Assembly: GCA_964247055.1 (NCBI GenBank)
Contig: OZ176058.1
Coordinates: forward strand, 4,650,001-4,714,000
Direction of reading: 5' to 3'
DNA: 64,000 bases
Origin: Paragordius varius
Lineage: Eukaryota; Animalia; Nematomorpha
Positions 20,301 to 34,573 of this stretch are shown here, piece by piece. The notes under the pieces are model-generated. The model ran no database searches and was not told the origin of the DNA. It was given only the letters and a program-made list of their open reading frames with translations. The number at the start of each line of letters is the position of its first letter. Within the stretch, counting starts at the first letter, position 1. Made by a program: the position numbers and the translations under genes.

Positions 20301-23300
20301 CATGTAAGTTATGTTTTGTAATTATTTATTTTTATCGTTAAATAGAGAGATAGACAAATATAACTAACTAAACTTTTTTTATCTTAACGTAACCATAAGA
20401 TACACATAAATCAATCAAAACCAAAAAAAATACATATCTTAATTCAAAAAAGTTGACTGACTGACTATTTTATGTATGAATCCCAATAGGATCAGTTGTC
20501 TATCCATCTATCTCCCTTTTTTTTATATAATTAATATTTCTGGTTGTTTTTATGGTCAAGCCTGGTAATATAAACTTAAAATGGTGAAAAGAGTATTGAT
20601 AGTGTTATACTAGTTAATATATAACGTTTTAAATCACTTTGGAACAAATTTTCAAAAATGATAATTTTTTTAAACTCAAAAAACTATGTTTACAGTCTTA
20701 ATCCGAATCGAAAAAATTAAATATTCTGGTTGGGATTATATTAAATTATACTGTTAATAGATGTTTGATTTATCAACAATTCATATTTGAAACCACATGT
20801 TTTCTATTGTGTTATCTCCGGCTTTAAAAAAATTAAAAGACAATTTTTTCAAAAAAAATGGTTTTGGGGTCGCAAAATAGGGGATAAATATGTAAAATGT
20901 TTACTTACTCAATATATTTTCAATAATTTGTATAAGTACATTAAAAACTCAAATTATATTATGGACAAAATCTAAAAATATAAAGACAAATATTTTTTTC
21001 TTTAAGACAACCCCATACTTTTTTAAACTTCATTTTCAAAAATATAACTTATTGCTTTTAATTGTAAAGTCTGAAATTGATATGTATATTGGTGACACAA
21101 TCAATTATATAATTTATATGAAAAAATTATGGATTATAAAAGTATGGGATTGTCCTTTAGAAAAAAAAAATGTCCTTATATTTTTACTTTATGTCCAAGT
21201 ATAATTTCAATTTTTACTGTATTAAAAGCAGTTGTTTTGCTTTAAAAATATCGTCCTTTAGTTTACATTATTTTATTTTTTACTGTGAATATGATTTATT
21301 ATTGCCCAATCATTTTTTCTCAAAGTTTGATGGAAAATCTCATAAATATTTATTGACGGTTTAAAATTAATAAAGACTTTTCACGATAAAAATTGTTTTT
21401 AAATATTTTATTTTGTAGTATCTGCCTAGTAGCCCATAGAATGCGAAATTTTTATTTTGGCTTAGTATCATTGATATATTCATCGTAATAATCGATTTTT
21501 GAATTTGCTAAAAACTCTACCTTGAAAGATGTGTGTGAATGTTAAATATAAAAATATATCAAGCTAATTTTATTGAAATCAATTATTTTTTATTTCAACA
21601 TAAAAAGGCCCAAATATATTGAGGTCACTCTTTAAAGCTTTATTCTATTTTTCTTCCAAAATATACTTAAAACCTGAAATTCAAGGACATTTTGACACTT
21701 TTTAAAATATTTGAAAATATAATACTTATAAATAATAAATTAATATAATTACTTTTTTTGTTTTCTTACTTTAATAACTTAATCATTTAATGTCTATCTT
21801 TTTCTAACTTAACTACATTTTGGCTAAATTTTAAATTTGAAAACTTTAAAAAATGATATTTTTAAACCAATTTTTTAATCTTAATGTAAAGAAGGTTAAC
21901 CTAAGCTGATTACAAATTTTTAAATCGTTTTGCTGAAATAAATTTTAATCTATATTCTATATCTATATTAGAACCTTCAATTATTTATATAGATTTTATA
22001 TTTTTAATTTTAAACTACCATTTAAATATTGTAATGTACAATATATAAAACTCCAGGGGATACTTCGAATATGTTGCGATACTCTGATAGATTTTAAAGC
22101 AATTTTATATTATTTATCAATTATTGTTATTTTATGTGGTATAAAAATATTTTTTTGATATTTCGGCATAAAACATTTTTAATATAAAGTTAATTGATAA
22201 AATGCTAAAAATATATTGTGTATGTAATTAATATACAGTAAAAATTAAACATTACGTGGGCAAAACGTAAAAAGTAAATTTAATGTTTTTTTAATAAATT
22301 AAATTATTTTTTTATCCAACAATTTTTAAAATAGTTTTTTGTAAATCTAATTAAGAATCAAATTATATATTTTGTCCATATAATTTAAATGTATTTACAG
22401 AAATTATTTAATGTAAAAATTATGTCTTATTTACAGTAAAATTGAAATTATATGGGAAAAATTTGCTAGACAGATATATTTTCATCAATCAGTTAAACTT
22501 TTTCTATCTTTGATTTTTCCTTTATATACGATCCAAAACTATGAGTTAAATACGAAATATTAAATTTAATAAGAATATTATTAGTATTTTTTAAGCATAT
22601 AATTTCAATTTCTATTGGAATCGTTTGATAAAAAAATATTGGTATATCTCTTTTTTCCAACCCAAAAACGATAGGTAATCACAATCAAATTGTTATTAAA
22701 ATTTGATTTCTTACCCATATATTGAATAGAATAAAATTATAACGACAAAGACGGAAACCAAATTTATTAAACCTTCTTATCAAGACAAAACTGATTTCTT
22801 ATCAAACATGGCAAAAGTTAATAAAGATTTCCAACAAATTATAGATTCTGCAAAATCTGCCCCTGCACCTCCGAATAAAAAAATGAGGGCCAATAGTAGC
22901 TCTTTTACAAAAGCCCGTAAAATTAATCGCAAATATACTGCCATTTTTCGACCAAGTCCTTCTCAGCGAAAACGATTCAGTAATAATAAATTAAATTTAC
23001 GGCCATATAATAATATACCTACAACTCAAGATTTATACTATTCAGTTTCTACTTTGTCCCCTTTAGTGCTTAAAAATGCAAATGGAGGAACAAAATCAAG
23101 CCATATTACAGCAGTACAAATTTTAAATATACAGGCTAAACAAACATAAATACATGAGTTTTTCTTTTTTCAAAGAAACCTTATTTTTTTGAAGAAAATT
23201 CTTATAAAAACTATTTAATTATAATACCAATTTATATCTGTAATCCATACTTAGCTATTTAATTCAATCATTTAGTTATACAGTAAAAACTGATGATATA

Positions 23301-24329
23301 CGGACAAAACGTAAAAATATAAAGACAAATATTTTTTCTAAAAGACAAACATACCTTTTAAATCATGATTTTTGTTTAAATTGGCATGTCTAACCCATAC
23401 TTTGCTCCTTAAAACAATCATTTATTTAATTATAACCAAACCATGAATCTATTTGCAAAAATATATTTGTCTTATTAGTCTTTACGTTGTTTTGTCTGTA
23501 TAATTTCAATTTTTACAAAAACTATAATATATATAATTGATCGTGTTACCAATTTACATCTCTAACCCATACTTTGCTATCCAAAACATCAATTATTTAG
23601 TTATAATTTTAAATTATTCTATTTGCAAACATATATTTGTCTTAATTTACCATGTTTTTTCTGTAATTTTATCTACTGAAATCATCAGAATATCAACAAC
23701 AACAGCAAGAGTTTCCAGGAAAGACCATCTATATGGTCAATCCGTTCAGGTCTAGAGAAACGATTAAGTCGACTCACAATGGTTTCCAATAGTCCCTCCC
23801 CTTCGCCCCCACCCTACATGTTAACGACACATAAAAGACGTGAAAAGCGTTCGGGAAAATCGAAACTTAGAACCAAAATGCAGGTCAGTTTTTTTAGTTT
23901 TTTTCCTATATTACTTTTTTGGTTCTGATTTCGTTTTATCAAAAAAAATTATTGGCCAAATGTATTTGTTTAATAAAAAATATTTATTAAATAATTATTC
24001 TGTTTTTTATTTAATATGGTCCTGATAACAGTAAAAGTTAGAATTATACGGACAAAATGGAAATTATATATTGACAAATATTTTTTCCTAAAAGACCATA
24101 CTTTTTTAAGCTTCAGTTAATTACTATTTTAAAATTGTAATTTTATAATTTATGGGTTTAAAAATGTATGGTTGTCTTTTTTTACATTTTTCCGTATAAT
24201 TTCAGTTTTTACTGTAATTAGTTTTGTGTTTCTAAAATTATCGCTCAAATATATTTGTGTCAGAAAAAAATTGTCTATTGATTAAATAATTATTCTGTTT
24301 TTTAATTAATTCCTGATGCAATTCAAATA

Positions 24330-24623
24330 CAGTAAAAACTGAAGTTAAACTATCAAAATGTGAAAATATATAGACAAATATTTGTTTCTAAAAGACAACC
24401 ATATTTTTTTAAGCTTCATTTTTTTATGTATAACTCATTGTTTCAGTCTGCATATTATAGAATTGATATGTATATTGGTGACACAATTAATAACATATTT
24501 TAAAATTATAATTAAATAGCTAATATGGGTAAAATTAAGGTTTAAATATGTTTGGTTGTCTTTTAGAAAAAATATTTGTCTTTATATTTTTACATATTTT
24601 CCGTATAATTTCAGTTTTTACTG
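24330..24623. mobile_element. Family A MITE, one unit of a local tandem amplification in copy 2 intron 4
   Basis: TA|CAGTAAAAACTGAAG ... TTTCAGTTTTTACTG|TA. Confidence 0.72.
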
Positions 24624-26600
24624 TAATTAGTTTTGTATTTAATTCCGTTTTATAAAAATTATTGCTCAAATGTAAATGTGACAGATATGAAATAATTATT
24701 CTGTTTTTTAATTAATATGGTCCTGATACAATTCAAATACAGTAAAAACTGAAATTATATTATGGACAAAACGTGAAAATATATAGACAAATATTTTTTT
24801 TTCTAAAAGACAACCATACTTTTTAAATCTTGTTTTAGTTCAATCATTGTTTTAAATGGCAAAGTCTGAAATAAAGTATATAACTAACAAAATCAATTCT
24901 ATATTTTAAAATTGTAATTTTATATTTTATATGAGAAAAATTAAGGTTTAAAAATGTATGCTTGTCTTTTAAAAAAAATATTTGTTTTTATATTTTACAT
25001 TTTTTCCGTATTCTAGTTTTTCCTAAATTAGTATTTTGTTTCTGATTGCGTTTTATAAAAAAAAATTATTGGCCAATTGTATTTGTTTCAGAAAATTAAT
25101 TAAATAATTATTCTGTTTTTTAATTAATATGGTCCTGAAAAAATGCAAAGAAATAGTTACAAAAATAATGACTACTTTTTTTCTGATTTCAAAATGACAA
25201 GACAAAAAATGGTTAAAACTAAAATTAAAATCAACTTAAAAACTTTTTTTCCAAATCCGTTGTTGTTTAAAAGAAAATTATCATGTTTTATGTCTTTAAA
25301 AACGGTTCCAATTTTAATTATTATTAAATACTTCTAAATATGTTTGTCAAGATTTTCTAAAACAGACATGAACAGCACAGGTGCCTCCGGGCTGCCTTTT
25401 TAACTAAAAAACCAAGGCGGACCACATTTAAAAATAATATACCGGCATAATACTTATTAGATATTTCAAACATTTACAAACTTACATTAGCGTATGGCAT
25501 AAAACAATATGAGTCCACAAAAGAATAAAAAAATGTTTTTCTAAAAAAAACAAGGGGATATTATAGATATGTCTATATACAACTAGGCTTGTGTTTTTGA
25601 AAAAAAAACATTTTTTATTCTATTAGGAACTAATAATGTTTTATACCATACGCTACTGTATTCATAAATAAATTGTATGAGAAATATCATTTTTTTTAAA
25701 TTATTTAAGCAATTTAATATTTTAAAAAATATTTTTTATTTGGTATTTTTGCAATTTTCAGTTATCTGCACACAAAATAAAGCAACATCCTATTTATGAT
25801 AACAAAACAATTATTAATTTCAAAACACTTTTACAGTTTTAATTATTTTTTTATTTTTAATACAAGACATGGTTCCTAAATCATTACTCATAATTAACAA
25901 TTAATTAAAAAGTAAGGATAAGGTTGAATAATTTCGATTAATTTTAACCAAGGACACACTTGGTAAAAACGAATTTTAAGAATTTATATTGACATCAAAG
26001 TTATTTTAGTGGATAAAATTATGATGGCTAGCCAATAAATTAAAAAAATAATAATAATAAATTATTTCATTTTTATAGTAAAATAGCTGCCTATTTTTAT
26101 ATCTATATCAAACTGAAATGACAACCCACTTATAGTTTTGTGCATCAGTAAAAAAAAGATTTTTCAACCATTTTATAGAAAAAGATATTTTAATTAATAA
26201 AACTTCACTTAATGTTTAAATTTAATTTTAACTATGATTTGTAGAAGAAAAACAGCACAGATTAAATTCACGAAAGGATTTATAAAAAAATATATTAAAC
26301 CTAATATCCGATTTTCTAATGAAACTAATTTTGCTACTATGATACAGTTAAAATTAAAGTTAATAAGACAAAACAAAAAGCAAGAAGGTTTACTAAAGCT
26401 TATTTATTATACTACTTTCTAGGGCGAAAAAAAGGAATGTGTAAATTCGATAAAACACAAATTTTATTTCACCATTAAATTAAATATAAACTTTTTTTAT
26501 TTTATACACATTTATCATTCTGTTTTTGTTTGCCTATGTTACCATTTTTAATCTGTACTCCCTATTTCGCAAACCAAACGATCGATTACTATACAATTTC

Positions 26601-26877
26601 CCATTTACAACTCAAATTCATCCTAAAAATAAATTATACTTTAACTTATCATTAAAATGAAATAAATTTTTAATACATAAAATATTTTTCAGCGTTATAT
26701 TAATTTTAAACAGAATTTCATATTTTAAAAATTTTAAAAAATAAAAATAAATAAACACTTAATTATTTTAAAGTGAATTTGAATTGTTCAAGTATGAATT
26801 TGAATTGTTCATGGGCAAATCTGAATTGTTCAAGGGTGAATTTGAATTGTTGAAGGGTGAATTTAAACTGTAAATGG
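26601..26877. mobile_element. Family D foldback MITE in copy 2 intron 4
   Basis: Same site as 12272; four 21-bp units in the right arm. Confidence 0.7.
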
Positions 26878-27329
26878 TATATGTACTTTAGTGATGTTCG
26901 TTTGATTCACATTATTCTTGGCCAGCAATACAGTTGCGCATGGTTAAAAACAACATAGGATTTTAAATACAATTTTTATTATTAATAATAACCACAAAAA
27001 AATATTAAATTACGGACAAAATTTGTTTTTTACCATACGTTGCTCTGTATTGGCAATTGGCCTGCAATAACGTGAATTGACCAGCATTAATGTGCATAAT
27101 GTAATTAGAAAATGAATAAAATATTTATTAGTTAGATTAAAGAATTAGTTGTTACTTATTACAGTAAAAATTGAAATTATACAGACAAAACGTAAAAATA
27201 TAAAGACAAATATTTTTTTTCAAAAGACAACCCCATACTTTTTTAAACCTTAATTTTTCCCAAATAGGTCATTTATACGATTGTAAAATTTCTAATTGAT
27301 TGTGTTAACGAAATACATCTCAAATTTTT

Positions 27330-27990
27330 ACTTGGCATTTATCAACAGTGATTTATAATTAAAAAAACGAAATTTAAAAAATATGGTTGTCTTTAAGAAA
27401 AATATTTTCTTTATATTTTTAATGTCTCTTTATTTTAGTTATCAATTTTTACTTTTATATACATCTCTAATTCATACTTGGCAATTATCAAGAGTGATTT
27501 ATAAAAAAAAACAAGATTTAAAAATATGGTTTATTTTAGAAAAAAATATTTATCTTTATTTTACGTTTTGTCCTTATAATGCCAATTTTTACTTTTATAT
27601 ACATTTCTAATTCATAATTGGCAATTATCAACAGAGATTTATAATTAAAAAAAACAAGATTTAAAAAGTATGGTTGTCTTTTGAAGAAAAAAATATTTGT
27701 CTTTATTTTACGTTTTGTCCTTATAATTTCAATTTTTACTTTTATATACATCTCTAATTCACACTTGGCAATTCTCAACAGATATTTATAACTAAAAAAA
27801 CGAGATTTAATAAGTATGGATGTCTTTAAAAAAATATTTATCTTTATATTTTTACGTTTTGTCCATAGTATAATTTCAATTTTTACTTTTTCTGTTTTGT
27901 CTCTAAATTTTACTTTTTAATTTTTTATAAAAAGTATAGTTGTGTTTGAGAAAAAAATATTTGTCTTTATATTTTTACGTTTTGTCCATA
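27330..27990. repeat. Tandem ~130-145 bp repeats derived from one arm of a family A MITE (also at 57460-58190)
   Basis: Recurrent TTTTACTTTTATATACATCTCTAATTCATACTTGGCAATT...AAAAGTATGGTTGTC units, 4-5 per locus. Confidence 0.7.
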
Positions 27991-28735
27991 GTATAATTTC
28001 AATTTTTTACTTTAAAATGTTTTTTATACATTATTTAAGGTTATCAAAATGTTGGTTGTAGTCGTAACGCTATTTGCCCTTCTATGGATGCCTTACCGAT
28101 TTCTAGTCGTTTATAATTCCTACGCACCTCCTGAAAACAAAATAACCAATCTTTGGTTTCTATATTATTATTCTTATATTTTTATATAGATTTTACATTT
28201 TGAAACTAATTTTTACCAAACAAATTATTATAAGATTTAATTTGGTCCAGATATTATCTTTTTCTAGATTTATTCATTTTTAAATGGTATACAATTTGGA
28301 GATCACATTTAACAAAAAAAAACCTCCTTACAAGCAAGGTTTAGATATAAGAAACAATTTATAAAAGTACAATATTTTACCAATGCTCTAAATTCGATTT
28401 TTCTGTTACTTATATAAATATATAGATTATGTTGGTTTTGAACAAACGTCTTTGATTCATTTTCCAAGAGTTGGGCCATTTTTAATAGTGGACCGGGTAA
28501 ACCGCACGTAAAAAATGTAAAAAGGAAAAGATTTTAAAATAGGTTTTTTAAACAATATGGAAAACAGAGCCCCCTTCAGATTTAATAACAATATTTTTTT
28601 ACAAATGTGCCCAAGTGAAATTGTGTAATGCAAAAAAAGTAAAATGCAAAACATCGAAACAATCTATTTTTCCTGATCCTTGTGTGTTTACCATATAATC
28701 ATTTATTATGTATAAAAAACGTATATAAGCTTATA

Positions 28736-29106
28736 ATAACAGTTGTTAAAATCCGTAAGATAACGATAAAGGAAAATTAAATAGAATTAATGAAGTATAA
28801 ATAGAAATTATAAACGATATGTGAAACCCATCGTCAATAGTAATCGCAGACTATTTTCGTACTCACTCATCAGTACGACACAACTATTTGACTTAAGGTT
28901 TTAACATATCGATTTCGTATATAACTTTGCGATTTTGGTACAAATGCAGTTGGTTATACAAATTTAAATTAAAGTTAATGGAATTTATGAAAATTAAACT
29001 GAAAATTTAAAAATAAACTGAAAATTAACTCTAGGGGTGAGCTTAGATTTAGAGTATAGCTACTTAGGGATTTCATCGTTATCTTACGGATTTTAACAAC
29101 TGTTAT
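28736..29106. mobile_element. MITE with 32-bp perfect TIRs, copy 2 only
   Basis: ATAACAGTTGTTAAAATCCGTAAGATAACGAT and its exact reverse complement, TA on both sides; absent from the same site in copies 1, 3 and 4. Confidence 0.75.
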
Positions 29107-29169
29107 TACAATAACCAATCCGTTATTTACCATTACAGTATATAAGCTTATACCCATCCTAATAATTTA

Positions 29170-30370
29170 TAAGAGGGTAGATACTTGCGAATATCGTTTC
29201 ATCTTTTTGGGTTTTTTCTACTTAATTCGGGGTAGTTTTTTAGTGTTAGGTGATCATGTTGTATGGCCTGGAGCTATCGTTAGAGAAAGGTTGGTCTAAA
29301 CCGTAGCGTAGATTGTGGTTTTAGCAGTAGAGCATGCTTATCAAAGATGGGACAAATATTATTTACCCCAAGATGCCGAATCCCATCAAGATCTTCGAAT
29401 CTTTCCGTAGCTGACCGCGAGTTTTTGGCTAATTCCCTCCTCGTTTGTGACATTGTGAATTAGTATCACCATTTTTCTATAATATGCCCTTGCCGTTACT
29501 CTTACTCAACTTAGTTTTTTATGTAGATAGAGGTTGATTGGGTCGAAATTCGCGACTAAGCTCTACTTCATGCATTATACATTCGGTAGGTACCGACTTT
29601 ACCCACGAAATAGAACTGTTAACTTGATTTTAAAGAAGTTCTTTTAACGATGTTGGAAACCGATTCTGTAGGATTATACACCGTTTATTGTTTTATGCGC
29701 ATGCATAAGTCGGCTTGTTGGAGTTATACTTAATTTTAAGATTTTTCTTACTCTTTCTACCAACCGTTGGTCTTTGTATGATAGGGTACCAATCGTAATA
29801 TAAAGTTTTTGTAATAACGATTCGAATTCTTTTGCCTGAAGTAGATGGCATTATCAGTTACGATTTGTCACGAAAATCCATATCTAGCTAAGTGCTTTCC
29901 AGGCATTTTGGGATAAAAACGAATATACTTTGTGGACATCCACTTCGATCCAATGGGTGGCGCTATTGATAGCTAACAAGTAGTAACTATCGGCTGGGCC
30001 AGTGATATCTATATGAAGCCGCTCCCATGTCATAGTATAAATATTTTCCCTATAGATTGGATTTTAGAGGCCATTGGGCCTGTTGGATTGATATGCCTTG
30101 TAATTCTCGACCCATCGAGTGAGATCGTTCTCTATCTCATAGATACTGAACTGCGGTCATTTAGACAAGGTAGATTATAGCAGGTTAACTCGAGGTTTTA
30201 AATCTTCCCCTTCCCAATGATTTGTTGTTAGCGCCATTTTCAGCTTGTTTAGAAGTTTCCTTTATGATAGTTTTTTCATCAACTGTTCCTTTTTAGTTAC
30301 GAAATCATTCCCTTCATAAACGTTGATAAAAAGGGATAATCTGGATAAGGGGTCAGCCAAATTTATTTGA
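29170..30370 (-). mobile_element. Ty3/Gypsy pol fossil in copy 2 intron 5
   Basis: Minus strand reads TWERLHIDITGPADSYYLLAINSATHWIEVDV, IVTDNA and DQINLADPLSRL; homologous to 13720-14755. Confidence 0.82.
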
Positions 30371-30424
30371 TCATCTTTATATGCTCACAATCATGTAGAA
30401 TGGACTTATATATCCTCTTTTGTA

Positions 30425-30716
30425 CAGTAAAAATCAAAATTATACGGACAAAAATAAAAATATAAAGACAAATGTTTTTATTAAAAAGACAACCATAGTT
30501 TTTTAGACCTTAATTTTTCTCATATTAGCTATTTAATTATAATTGTAAAATATAGAATTGATTGCGTTAGTTATATATATCTTTATTTCAGACTTTGCCA
30601 TTTAAACAATGAGCTATATTGAAATAAATCAAGATATAAAAAGTATGGTTGCCTTTTAAAAAAAATATTTGTTTTTATATTTTTACGTTTTGTCCGTATA
30701 ATTTCAGTTTTTACTG
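30425..30716. mobile_element. Family A MITE, 292 bp, copy 2 intron 5
   Basis: TA TSD and ~90 bp TIRs. Confidence 0.8.
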
Positions 30717-32797
30717 TAATATAGAATTAATTATCTTTTTTCCTTCCAAAAGTCACCTAGGTTTCATATTGTTTCATAAGTACCTAGAATTAGAGAAATT
30801 TTTGCTATAACAATTTCATTCTTATCGGTTACCGCATTTGTTTAGCTTAACTAAATCGTATATTTAATCAATTTTATCGCTCTGACAGGTATAAACTATT
30901 TTGTCGCCTCATGGTTTTCATTAACAATGCCATGAACCCATTTCTGTACAGCGCTTTGTCTGTTAAATATCGTCGAGCTTTTCGTAAATTCTGTCGATTC
31001 CATTTGTTGTGTGGAGCGCAATATTTGTGGTGGCCTTTCCCTTGGAAGAAACTTGGGCGCAAAGATGGGAGCACGCTATCAAAATCCATAACATTTCGAA
31101 CAGGTAGGTGGCGAATCTTTAATTTTTTTTAAAGTTTTTGCGTTATTGTATAATAAATTTTAGAGTAAAACATAAAATTATTTACTAAAGAATGTGTTTT
31201 TAGATCTAGATCTTCAAGTAGACTGCGCAATAACAGTAAAAAATAACTATTATACAGAAAAAACGTAAAAATAATTAGATAAATATTTTTTTTCTACTTC
31301 TCTACCTTTTTAAACTTAATAATAAATACAACTAATTGACTGCAAAGTATTAAATATAGATGTGAATTGATTATATCAATTATATACTTAACAATTGCAA
31401 TTAAATAGCTTATATAAAAAATTTAGGTTTAAAACGTGTGTTTGTCTTTTGAAACCTGTTTTTTTTATTTTTTATAGTTTTGTCCTTAACAAAAAAAATA
31501 TTTTTTAGATGTTGATTTTTCAAGGAAACGCCTTCCCTCCACATTCTTTCGCGAGGATAGCAAATTCAATAATGGTGACGAAGAAGAGATGGACAGTTTC
31601 TTAGAGTCGGAATATCTCAATCCTGTGGGACAAAACAGCAAATCCAATATCTGGACAAAGAAACAAGGAGAAAAAATCGATTTAAACTCCGCCGCCATAA
31701 GTGATAATGTGGCGAGGAGACCAAAATTAGATTCTCCCATAAAACCAATTCTGAAAAATGCTGCCCTAAAAACTAACTGCATGTATTTGAATGTTGACGA
31801 CTCAACCGGTCGTCCCTCCTTTAAGGGTGGTGGTTTTAGGAAGGGACCATTCTATCGACAAATCTCAAGGCTAGAATCTACATCTCATTACGATGATATT
31901 TGGAAATTACAGCAGAGACCTTCAACTTCATCTGGGCTATTTAAAACACATAGTGCTTACCAGCTAGAAAAACCTTTAATACAACCCCACCCTTACGAAA
32001 ATGTTTACAACAATACCGAACTCATCATCACAAGTAGAAGTGAACAGCCTCAGGAAATCAAATTACATACAAATGAAGCAGTATTTGATAGAGCTCTGAT
32101 GATGACAGATTTTGGGAAATTACCTGAAACTTACATATCTTGTTTTTTTAAAAACAACAACGCAAACAAAAGCCAAAACAACATTCCCTCACCTATCCCA
32201 AGAAGTAGTCCTTTCAAAAATAGTTGGCCTTCTTCCTACAAACCTCCCAGTACAGGAGGTATTTGGCAAAAGCGTTTTGATTTACCCAACAACAATGTAT
32301 CAAATAATCAATCATCTAGTCAACCAGAAAAAGAACCTGCCTTACTTTTTACTAATGCCGCCACGATCAAAGAAATTCTTAGCAGCAGCAATTCTTCAGA
32401 CGAAGAAGAAAAGTGGAATTATGATTTTTACTCATCAACAGCTGGTCCGTCTCATGAATCTGATACCCATTGTTTAATTCAAACGCAAGCAGGAGATGAC
32501 TGGCAAAATTTACCTCAAAGGAAAACAAAAACCATATCATCGTCTTTAACTAATACTAATAATAAGCAAATAAGCAACATAAAATATTCTCAGAGCATGT
32601 CTTTTGCCGACACAGTTTGGGTCAAACGGGTCTTATTAAATGGACGCCTAAGCGTTTCACTCGAAAGTCGACTCTAATCAACGACAATATCATTATTTAT
32701 TGATAATAATTATTTGAAATTTTAGTTTATAAATATTTACGACGATATTTATACTAAATGGAAATAAATTAAATATGTATATATATATATATATATA

Positions 32798-33226
32798 CAG
32801 CCATGTATCCTTTATTTTATCAAAAATTTATGAAAAATTTATTTTTTTCTTCGTTAATTGGGTATAAATATTTGGTAAAGAATGGAAAAAAACAAGAGCT
32901 CTATTATGGTATTAACAATATCATATTCATTAAAAAAGTGTAAGAATTATATTTTTATTTGTTAAAGAAAAGAGCCCAATGGATAAAGATTAAGGATTGG
33001 TTGTTAGTGTTTTTTTATTTTTTTACCAAACGTCGCCCTTCCCCCACACTTTTACTTTTTTTAATAGAGAATATGTTATGGTTAATTCTAATAAATAAAA
33101 ATATAATTCTTATATTTTAATGAATATGATATTGTTAATACCATGCCCTTGTTTTTTCCATTCTTTAACAAATATTTCTACCCCCATTTAACCAAAAATA
33201 AATAATTTTTTGATAAAATAAAGGAT
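32798..33226. mobile_element. Long-TIR foldback MITE (family C) 3' of copy 2
   Basis: Arms of ~160-170 bp (32798-32965 vs 33075-33226) are imperfect reverse complements; left end TA|CAGCCATGTATCC. Confidence 0.75.
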
Positions 33227-34187
33227 TATATATAATTTTACATTTTCATAATTTATTATAGATAATTTGTGCCATTGATAGTTTATAAAAAATATGGGTA
33301 AATTTTAAATAGATCAATATCCGTTAGTAATCACTCAGTGTTAAGTGTAAGGCCCTTATTATATAATCCCCTTATAATAAGCTGCTTTTCATAATAAGTC
33401 CACCTACAAAAGTCAAACTATACATATAATACCCACAGTAAAAACTGAAATTATACGGACAAAACGTAAAATTATTAAGACAAATATAATAAAAGACAAT
33501 CATACTTTTTCAAAACCTTAATTTTTAAGCTATTTAATTACAATTGTTATATATAAAATTGATTATGTCACTAATATACATATCAATTTTATAATTTGCT
33601 ATTTGAAACAATGAGTTATATTTTAAAAATTGATTATAAAAAGTATGGTCTTTTAGAAAAAATTTGTCTTAATATTTTCACGTTTTGTCCGTATAATTCC
33701 AATTAAAACATAAAAATTTTAATTTCAAAAGAATCCCCTCTACTTTTTTAAACTTTATTTTCTTTAAATAACTCATTTTTTTCAAATGTAAAGTAAGAAG
33801 TTTATATTAAGCATACAATAAATTGTGTAATTTCAAAATCAAGGGTAAAAATGTATAGCGGTTTTTAAAAAAGATATTTGTAATTATCTTTTTACATTTT
33901 TGTCGTGTAATATTCCAATTTTTAAATTGATATTTTTTTTCTGCTTCAAAATAACCCCGACCTATAGTATAACCTCATGTTAAAAATCAAGCACCTTTTC
34001 TATCGGGATCTATATGAGGAAGGTTTAAAAAAGTAAAAACTCTATAAAAAATAATTATTCAAAAGACAACCATACTTTTTTAACCCAGAGTTGCTCACCA
34101 AAAAACTTTTAAAGGTCCGCAAAAATTATTTATCTTGTCTCAGAGGCCGTGTGCCATATAATACCAACAAAAATTCCACTTTATATA

Positions 34188-34468
34188 CCAATTACAATTC
34201 AAATTCACCCTTGAACAATTCAAATTCACCCTTGCACAATTCATAATTACCCTCAAATATAATATATGTTTTTTAAGATTTAAAATTACCTATATTTAAA
34301 TATATTTTTAAAAATAACTATGCCATAAAGATATAATTCATATTAATAATGAGTTATATTAATTCAAAAACACATAATTTATTTTTAGGGTGAATTTTAT
34401 TTGTTCAAGGGTGAATTTGATTTGTTAAGGGTGTTAATTGTTCCAGGGTGAATTCGAACTGTAAATGG
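34188..34468. mobile_element. Family D foldback MITE abutting the truncated 5' end of copy 3
   Basis: Same orientation as and similar internal sequence to 1281-1540; right TIR ACTGTAAATGG is followed 2 nt later by exon 1 sequence. Confidence 0.72.
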
Positions 34469-34573
34469 TTTGCGAATGAAACTGACCTAATCACTCATAT
34501 TATCGTTTTAACGGGTAGTCAAAAAGCAGTTAACACCAATACCAACACTACATACATAGTCAATTATGATAAT

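Larger units (their letters stand above)
17344..32677 (+). pseudogene. Copy 2 (B-type): 5'-truncated, disrupted TRHR-like paralogue
   Basis: Starts at the M of TM1 MGN. Exons 17344-18104, 19063-20303, 22730-23113, 23689-23883, 28040-28155, 30889-31103, 31509-32677. In-frame TAA at 17911, frameshifting deletion near 19245 (TAA at 19250), 1-nt deletion near 19858. Exons 3-7 are open. Confidence 0.85.
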
